Virus record (IMG/VR): IMGVR_UViG_2582580933_000014 | Length of the DNA: 4,239 nt | Strand: one strand, 5' to 3' | Origin: a virus | Lineage: Duplodnaviria > Heunggongvirae > Uroviricota > Caudoviricetes | Shown here: positions 1-4,239 of the stretch, piece by piece | How the letters are laid out: the number at the start of each line of letters is the position of its first letter | How positions within the stretch are numbered: position 1 is the first letter of the stretch | Position numbers and translations under genes: made by a program | The notes under the pieces: model-generated | Told to the model about the DNA's origin: nothing | Databases searched by the model: none | What the model saw: only the letters and a program-made list of their open reading frames with translations

Positions 1-46
1 TGATGACGCACCGGCGACAGGCTCGGGTGGTTTAACAATTACAGAT

Positions 47-700
47 GTGATGGCTGCGCAGGGGATGGTGCAGTCGAAAGCACCGCTTGGGTTTGCCTTA
101 TTCCTGGCAAAAGTTGGTGTTCAGGATCCTCAGTTTGCGATTGAAGGTCTGCTCAATTACGCGATGGCACTGGATAACCCGACATTGAACAAATTGAGTG
201 AAGAAACCCGGCTACAGATCATTCCTTACCTTGTGAATTTTGCCTTTGCTGATTATTCCAGGTCTGCGGCAAGTAAGGCTCGCTGTGAGCATTGTGCTGG
301 TACTGGATTTCATAATGTATTGCGCGAAGTGGTGAAACACTCCAGAAGCGGGGAGTCTGTTATCAAGGAAGAGTGGGTGAAGGAACTATGTCAGCATTGT
401 CATGGTAAGGGAGAAGTCAGCACAGCGTGCAGAGGGTGTAAGGGTAAAGGTATTGTCCTGGATGAAAAAAGAACCCGGCTTCATGGCACGCCTGTTTATA
501 AGATTTGTGGGCGTTGCAATGGAAACCGGTTTAGCCGTTTACCAACCACACTGGCGCGGCTTCATGTCCAGAAGCTGGTACCAGACCTGACGGATTATCA
601 GTGGTACAAAGGATATGCAGATGTCATTGATAAACTGGTTACAAAGTGCTGGCAGGAGGAAGCTTACGCTGAAGCACAATTGAGAAGGGTGACGAGATAA
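47..700 (+). CDS. Q-like late-gene antiterminator (candidate), carrying four CxxCxGxG cysteine repeats; the reading frame is open to the window start, so the true start may lie upstream
   Basis: 217-aa ORF ending TAA at 698-700. Four CxxC motifs each followed by Gly-rich residues (CEHCAGTG, CQHCHGKG, CRGCKGKG, CGRCNGN), a DnaJ-type zinc-finger pattern. Position directly upstream of a promoter/terminator leader and a lysis cassette matches the lambda Q - pR' - tR' - lysis layout. Assignment is by context and motifs, not by a homology search. No convincing Shine-Dalgarno before GTG 47 or ATG 50. Confidence 0.55.
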   Translation: MMAAQGMVQSKAPLGFALFLAKVGVQDPQFAIEGLLNYAMALDNPTLNKLSEETRLQIIPYLVNFAFADYSRSAASKARCEHCAGTGFHNVLREVVKHSRSGESVIKEEWVKELCQHCHGKGEVSTACRGCKGKGIVLDEKRTRLHGTPVYKICGRCNGNRFSRLPTTLARLHVQKLVPDLTDYQWYKGYADVIDKLVTKCWQEEAYAEAQLRRVTR

Positions 701-731
701 GCGATTTTCGCCGAAGATAACGACATAATGC

Positions 732-760
732 TTGTGTTTCTCAAAAAATATGGATAAGAT
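732..760 (+). promoter_or_regulatory. Putative sigma70 late promoter (pR'-like): TTGTGT - 17 bp - TAAGAT
   Basis: -35-like TTGTGT at 732-737 and -10-like TAAGAT at 755-760 with a 17-bp spacer, 30 bp after the stop of the Q-like gene. Predicted start near 767 would give a leader of roughly 60-65 nt ending at the terminator at 808-831. Motif match only. Confidence 0.3.
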
Positions 761-787
761 TTTCTCAACGATGGGGCTTGTGTATCT

Positions 788-804
788 ATCGTTGAACGAT
801 TTTT
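788..804 (+). other. Small palindrome ATCGTTGAACGAT followed by TTTT, inside the predicted leader transcript
   Basis: 13-bp palindrome at 788-800 (ATCGTT g AACGAT) followed by a T-run at 800-804. Could be a short RNA hairpin (5-bp stem, 3-nt loop) or a protein-binding site. Confidence 0.3.
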
Positions 805-807
805 ACG

Positions 808-831
808 ACCTCGCTATTGCGAGGTTTTTTT
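808..831 (+). terminator. Rho-independent terminator (tR'-like)
   Basis: Stem ACCTCGC (808-814), loop TATT (815-818), stem GCGAGGT (819-825), running into 7 T (825-831); a second T-run follows at 836-842. Classic GC-rich hairpin plus U-tract. Confidence 0.6.
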
Positions 832-868
832 ATGGTTTTTTTCTATTCAATCTACATCAAAATCAATG

Positions 869-877
869 TGTTATAAT
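869..877 (+). promoter_or_regulatory. Candidate extended -10 promoter element (TGtTATAAT) for the moron gene at 915
   Basis: TG at 869-870, consensus TATAAT at 872-877, downstream of the terminator and 38 bp upstream of the ATG at 915. No good -35 was seen, which extended -10 promoters can tolerate. Confidence 0.3.
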
Positions 878-914
878 GTTTTCTGTAAAACAACATTAAA
901 AACAGGAGAACATT

Positions 915-1184
915 ATGAAACTGACCTCTATCCATCTTGAAATACTACGTCGAGTGAATGAATTGCAGCCAAAGGATTCTAGAATTCAGGCTGCATCATT
1001 ACCTCATCTCTCAGCAAAAGAGGTTAATTTTGCTATTTCAGATCTTGCTGATATAGGTTTTATCGATGTTATACGAAGCAAATCTGCCGAAGGTGGATTG
1101 ATTGCTAATGAGATAACGTCAAAAGGTTTTGCTTTTTTGAGTGAGATTGGCGCTGAAAAAAATTCATCGATGAGCACTCATTGA
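915..1184 (+). CDS. Small (89 aa) hypothetical protein with a winged-helix-like pattern; possible DNA-binding regulator
   Basis: ATG at 915 preceded by a strong Shine-Dalgarno AGGAGA (903-908). No transmembrane segment. Alternating hydrophobic periodicity (HLEILRRVNEL ... LSAKEVNFAISDLADIGFIDVIRSKSAEGGLIANEITSKGFAFL) resembles helix-turn-helix plus beta-wing, judged by eye. AT-rich composition unlike the flanking phage genes. Confidence 0.6.
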   Translation: MKLTSIHLEILRRVNELQPKDSRIQAASLPHLSAKEVNFAISDLADIGFIDVIRSKSAEGGLIANEITSKGFAFLSEIGAEKNSSMSTH

Positions 1185-1198
1185 TTTCTGCTTCAATC

Positions 1199-1216
1199 GG
1201 CTGCCAATTGGCAGCC
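1199..1216 (+). promoter_or_regulatory. Perfect 18-bp palindrome GGCTGCCAATTGGCAGCC (operator-like site or terminator-less stem-loop)
   Basis: GGCTGCCAA is the exact reverse complement of TTGGCAGCC. Lies 15 bp after the stop of the 915..1184 gene and is not followed by a T-run. Confidence 0.45.
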
Positions 1217-1381
1217 TAAACTGTAAAGTGAATTTAAAATCGCCTACAATTGATGCTTAAATTTTGTTCTGTATCATCTGCAGGTTTAGGGATATCACAG
1301 TAGCTTTCTGACAAGAAGAGTTCTTTTCTTCTACCAATGAAGTGGTTATGTTAACCTGCGCTAAATCGAGACTGGTGCGGA

Positions 1382-2188
1382 GTGGAATCGAAAGTGTCAT
1401 ATTTTTACAGAAGCAAGAATATTTCAGGTGTTTCTATAAATGAAGATAGCTTGATTAGCTTAAGCACGGCAATTGTCGAACGCTGCGTTAAAATGAATGA
1501 GCAAGCTCAAAAGGAAAGTAGGGAAGTTTGTGCTCAATGTGTTTTTTTTATTTTGTTCGATGGTAAGGGATATAAAGTTGATTCTATCGGTGAGCTTGTG
1601 AAATACTTTAGACAGGCCACTAGGATTGATCAAATAATTTTTACTATTGAAACTTATCAAAGTCGACAGTCTAACAGGATGAATGGATCTTGGATGGAGC
1701 TACGAATTGATGAGAGGAATTCAAATAGCAGCACAATGATTGTAGCATCGGAAGATAATGAGTGGGTTGACTCGTTATGGATTACGATTCAGGATTTACT
1801 TAACAAGTGCAAAAATAAATTTAGATTTTTTAGAACAGCTTGGACTATGTTAAGTATCCAGATTTCAGGTGTGACAGTTGGCTTTTTGCTTAGCTTATGG
1901 ACAGCCTCAAAACTGGCGCCAAAACTATCAATCGATGGTGCATTTGCTTTATCATTTATTTGTATCTTTATTTTGTTTTCGAACTTATGGAGCTTTGCTA
2001 TTCCATTAATAATTAAGCTTATCGACTTTTTGTTTCCTAGTGTTAAGTTTGTTATTAATGGTAAAAATTACTTTCACTGGAGTGTCCAGGCTATAATTGG
2101 AGCGATTGCCAGTGCGGTTATATTATATTTTATTAGCTCCATGTTGCTTTTTGCATTAGAAATGTTAAATAGCATCATTAAGAAATAG
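1382..2188 (+). CDS. Hypothetical membrane protein: soluble N-terminal domain (about 150 aa) plus about three C-terminal transmembrane helices; start codon uncertain
   Basis: 807-nt ORF, TAG stop at 2186-2188. Hydrophobic stretches ISGVTVGFLLSLWTASKLA, GAFALSFICIFILFSNLWSFAIPLIIKLI and VQAIIGAIASAVILYFISSMLLFALEML in the C-terminal third. Possible starts are GTG 1382, GTG 1394 or ATG 1493, none with a strong Shine-Dalgarno. A -35/-10-like pair TTGATG (1250-1255) - 16 bp - TATCAT (1272-1277) sits upstream. Strongly AT-rich. Confidence 0.6.
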   Translation: MESKVSYFYRSKNISGVSINEDSLISLSTAIVERCVKMNEQAQKESREVCAQCVFFILFDGKGYKVDSIGELVKYFRQATRIDQIIFTIETYQSRQSNRMNGSWMELRIDERNSNSSTMIVASEDNEWVDSLWITIQDLLNKCKNKFRFFRTAWTMLSIQISGVTVGFLLSLWTASKLAPKLSIDGAFALSFICIFILFSNLWSFAIPLIIKLIDFLFPSVKFVINGKNYFHWSVQAIIGAIASAVILYFISSMLLFALEMLNSIIKK

Positions 2189-2221
2189 TTAATGAATTAG
2201 TTATAATTACATCAATTCTAT

Positions 2222-2245
2222 GGCTGCCAAATGGTGGCCTTTTTT
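2222..2245 (+). terminator. Rho-independent terminator closing the moron
   Basis: Imperfect hairpin GGCTGCC AAAT GGTGGCC (2222-2239; 7-bp stem with two G-U pairs) followed by TTTTTT (2240-2245). Matches the upstream palindrome at 1199-1216 at 15 of 18 positions. Confidence 0.5.
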
Positions 2246-2296
2246 ATTCCTCTCATTTCTATTTCTGAGAGGACTCACTGCAATAAGAGGTGGCTA

Positions 2297-2683
2297 ATGT
2301 CCGATCCGATTTCCGGCACAGGGTTAGCTGGTGGAGCCCTAACGGGCGCTAGTATTTATGGACTGCTGACCGGAACTGATTACGGCGTTGTATTTGGCGC
2401 ATTTGCAGGGGCTGTATTCTATATAGCAACAGCAGCAGATCTGAGTGCATCGCGTCGACTGGCATATTTTATCGTGTCATATATTGCTGGGATCCTTTGC
2501 TCTGGGTTGGTTGGCTCCAAGCTGGCAAACTTGACCGGATACAGTGATAAACCTCTGGATGCTATTGGTGCCGTAATCGTCTCTGCTTTAGCCGTTAAAA
2601 TCCTGACGTTCCTGAATAATCAGGATATCGGCTCGCTGGTGGCGCTCATAACGCGCCGGGGAGGTTCAGGTGGAGCTAAATGA
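2297..2683 (+). CDS. Holin-like small membrane protein, first gene of the lysis cassette
   Basis: ATG at 2297 preceded by Shine-Dalgarno AAGAGGTGG (2285-2293); TGA stop at 2681-2683. 128 aa, Gly/Ala-rich with several hydrophobic helices (GVVFGAFAGAVFYIATAA, LAYFIVSYIAGILCSGLVG, AIGAVIVSALAVKILTFL) and a charged C-terminal tail. Lies directly upstream of the endolysin. The ORF-track start at ATG 2231 is inside the terminator hairpin and is considered spurious. Confidence 0.55.
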   Translation: MSDPISGTGLAGGALTGASIYGLLTGTDYGVVFGAFAGAVFYIATAADLSASRRLAYFIVSYIAGILCSGLVGSKLANLTGYSDKPLDAIGAVIVSALAVKILTFLNNQDIGSLVALITRRGGSGGAK

Positions 2684-2951
2684 CCCGACAGCAACTATTA
2701 ATGCGCTGTTATGTGCTTGTGTTGTTATTACTCTGATGTTTTATCGTCGTGGTGATTCGCGGCATCGTCCTTGGGTTTCACGTTTAGCCTGGCTGATTAC
2801 TGTTACATACAGTGCTGTTCCGTTGGCCTATCTCTGTGGGATTTATCCTCACTCCTCATGGCTCATTATCGTGGCGAATACTATTTTTCTTTCCGTGCTG
2901 GTGGCCGTCAGAGGCAACGTTGCACGTTTGGTTGATCATCTGAGGCACTAA
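2670..2951 (+). CDS. Second small membrane protein (93 aa, about three transmembrane helices); holin, antiholin or lysis-accessory protein
   Basis: GTG at 2670 preceded by Shine-Dalgarno GGGGAGG (2658-2664). Overlaps the upstream gene end and its TAA stop overlaps the endolysin ATG (TAATG at 2949-2953), indicating translational coupling inside the lysis cassette. Hydrophobic segments INALLCACVVITLMFY, LAWLITVTYSAVPLAYLCGIY and WLIIVANTIFLSVLVAV. Confidence 0.5.
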   Translation: MELNDPTATINALLCACVVITLMFYRRGDSRHRPWVSRLAWLITVTYSAVPLAYLCGIYPHSSWLIIVANTIFLSVLVAVRGNVARLVDHLRH

Positions 2952-3565
2952 TGAACCAACAATTATTTCAAAAGGCGGCTGGTATTAGTGCCGGGCTGGC
3001 TGCGCGCTGGTTTCCGCACATTGATGCGGCGATGAAGGAATTCGGCATTACAGTACCCGCGGATCAGGCAATGTTTATCGCTCAGGTAGGCCATGAGTCG
3101 ATGGGGTTTAGCGCCGTAGTTGAAAATTTTAACTACACACCATCTGCGCTGGTGGCGACGTTCGGAAAGAGGATCACACAGCAGCAGGCTGATGCCCTTG
3201 GCAGAACATCCGGACATGCAGCTCGTCAGGATGCTATTGCCAATCTGGTGTATAGCAACCGACTGGGTAACAAAGCCCCCGGTGATGGCTGGAAATATCG
3301 TGGTAGAGGATTAATTCAAATCACTGGCCTCCATAATTATCGCATCTGTGGTGCGGCGCTGAAGTTAGATCTGGTGACTTCACCTGAACAACTGGAACAG
3401 GAGCTACAGGCGGCGCGCTCAGCTGCATGGTTCTACACCTCTAAAGGCTGCATGATCTACGGTGCCGATATTAACCGTGTTACGCGCATCATTAACGGCG
3501 GTCTGAACGGTATTGAGGATCGTAAGGTCCGATACAACAAGGCGCGGGCGGCGCTGCTGGTATGA
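2951..3565 (+). CDS. Phage endolysin, glycoside hydrolase family 19 (chitinase-like lysozyme)
   Basis: 204 aa. The motifs FIAQVGHESMGF...VVENFNY and YRGRGLIQITGLHNY look like GH19 signatures, with two Glu residues (E49, E58) nine positions apart as expected for the catalytic pair in phage GH19 endolysins; this is from memory of the family, not a search. No hydrophobic N-terminal signal-anchor, so release is presumably holin-dependent. Start overlaps the upstream stop; Shine-Dalgarno GAGG at 2942-2945. Confidence 0.88.
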   Translation: MNQQLFQKAAGISAGLAARWFPHIDAAMKEFGITVPADQAMFIAQVGHESMGFSAVVENFNYTPSALVATFGKRITQQQADALGRTSGHAARQDAIANLVYSNRLGNKAPGDGWKYRGRGLIQITGLHNYRICGAALKLDLVTSPEQLEQELQAARSAAWFYTSKGCMIYGADINRVTRIINGGLNGIEDRKVRYNKARAALLV

Positions 3566-3954
3566 AGATGAGTTATTGGGCGCTCATTTTAACGTTTATT
3601 GCTTGTGTTGCTGGTGGTCTTGTCTGGTCAGCGAATCACTATCATGGAAAGTTTCTGGAGGAGCAGAAGCGTGCTGACGCTGCGGAACAGAGAGCTGATT
3701 CTACTGAGGCTATCACCGCGAATGTTCTGCGTACTATGGCAATAACGAACATCATTCAGGAGGCGAATCAACATGCAAAACAGCAGATCGCACTGGAGTC
3801 ACAGAGAACCCAGGAATATATCAAAGTGGCTGTTGCGAGTGATGATTGCGCTTCACGTCCTGTGCCTGCTACCGCTGCTGACCGGTTGCGGAAGTACGCG
3901 GACAGTTTACGTGAACATTCCGGCGGCACCACTGCCAGCCAGCCTGACTTCTGA
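3562..3954 (+). CDS. Rz-like inner-membrane spanin (i-spanin)
   Basis: ATG overlaps the endolysin stop (ATGA at 3562-3565). 130 aa with an N-terminal transmembrane helix (YWALILTFIACVAGGLVW) followed by a charged, Gln/Ala/Glu-rich helical periplasmic domain; sits in the Rz position after the endolysin. Confidence 0.8.
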   Translation: MKMSYWALILTFIACVAGGLVWSANHYHGKFLEEQKRADAAEQRADSTEAITANVLRTMAITNIIQEANQHAKQQIALESQRTQEYIKVAVASDDCASRPVPATAADRLRKYADSLREHSGGTTASQPDF

Positions 3955-4120
3955 AACACCGATTCCAATTATACCCAGTTCACTGACATATGGTGCTAGT
4001 CTGGAGTTGAATGTGGCTCTGTTGTCAGCGTTAGGACAATGTAATTTTGATAAAACCGGAATCAGAAATATTGAATCACGGCGCGCTATTTTGCATTCAA
4101 AGTATAAATATCCAGAGTGA
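3842..4120 (+). CDS. Rz1-like outer-membrane lipoprotein spanin (o-spanin), overlapping the 3' end of the Rz-like gene in another frame
   Basis: Internal ATG at 3842 of the 3773..4120 ORF gives MIALHVLCLLPLLTGC with lipobox LLTGC, followed by a Pro-rich region (NIPAAPLPASLTSETPIPIIP). Overlaps the last 113 nt of the Rz-like gene and extends 166 nt past it. At 92 aa it is long for an o-spanin, and both the start and the C-terminal tail are uncertain. Confidence 0.6.
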   Translation: MIALHVLCLLPLLTGCGSTRTVYVNIPAAPLPASLTSETPIPIIPSSLTYGASLELNVALLSALGQCNFDKTGIRNIESRRAILHSKYKYPE

Positions 4121-4239
4121 TGTTATTTATTATAAAGATATGATGCATAAAGTTTAGGTGCTCCAGCTTCTATAGTGTAATGTAAAAGCTTATAGACTGG
4201 CCCCCTGAATCTCCAGACAACCAATATCACTTATTTAAG

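Noticed and set aside
402-590. 62-aa + strand ORF in an alternative frame inside the Q-like gene
   Set aside because: Fully nested in a longer, better-supported ORF, with no ribosome-binding site and a low-complexity basic sequence; most likely a frame artefact.
1185-1381. tRNA or small RNA gene in the 197-bp gap between the two moron genes (tRNAs occur near Q in some Stx phages)
   Set aside because: No cloverleaf-compatible arrangement or conserved T-loop motif was visible by eye; the region is better explained by the palindrome and a promoter-like element.
1460-1660. 66-aa minus-strand ORF antisense to the 1382..2188 gene
   Set aside because: Embedded antisense in AT-rich coding sequence where spurious ORFs are common; no start context was seen.
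2231-2296. ORF-track start at ATG 2231 for the first holin-like gene (extra 22 N-terminal residues)
   Set aside because: ATG 2231 lies inside the terminator hairpin and has no Shine-Dalgarno, whereas ATG 2297 has a strong AAGAGGTGG site; the extension is probably not translated.
2951-3040. Possible signal-anchor-release (SAR) N-terminus on the endolysin
   Set aside because: The N-terminal 30 residues are not hydrophobic enough for a membrane-anchored SAR domain; the enzyme looks like a soluble, holin-dependent endolysin.
2963-3217. 84-aa minus-strand ORF inside the endolysin gene
   Set aside because: Antisense to a confidently identified GH19 endolysin; Cys/Arg-rich sequence typical of a frame artefact.
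3120-3314. 64-aa + strand alternative-frame ORF inside the endolysin gene
   Set aside because: Nested out of frame in the endolysin with no independent support.
3768-3968. 66-aa minus-strand ORF across the Rz/Rz1 overlap
   Set aside because: Both + strand frames are already accounted for by the spanin pair; a third antisense gene is implausible without evidence.
1-4239. CRISPR array, insertion sequence or integrase
   Set aside because: No direct-repeat/spacer periodicity, no terminal inverted repeats flanking a transposase-like ORF, and no recombinase-like ORF were seen.

Overview
This window reads as the late-gene region of a lambdoid (lambda-like) prophage or phage of an enterobacterial host, all on the + strand. 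In order: a Q-like antiterminator gene (47..700), a short promoter/terminator leader resembling lambda pR'/tR' (about 732..831), an AT-rich two-gene cargo insertion (moron) made of a small winged-helix-like protein (915..1184) and a 268-aa protein with a soluble N-terminal domain and about three C-terminal transmembrane helices (1382..2188), each followed by a related GGCTGCCAA-type stem-loop, and then a lysis cassette with two holin-like membrane proteins, a GH19 endolysin and overlapping Rz/Rz1-type spanins (2297..4120). The moron sits at the Q-to-lysis junction where lambdoid phages commonly carry toxin or defence cargo, and it is the best candidate for an undescribed system (a phage-defence or superinfection-exclusion module). 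No rRNA, tRNA, CRISPR array or transposase was recognised. All calls rest on reading the sequence and the ORF track; no database search was possible.
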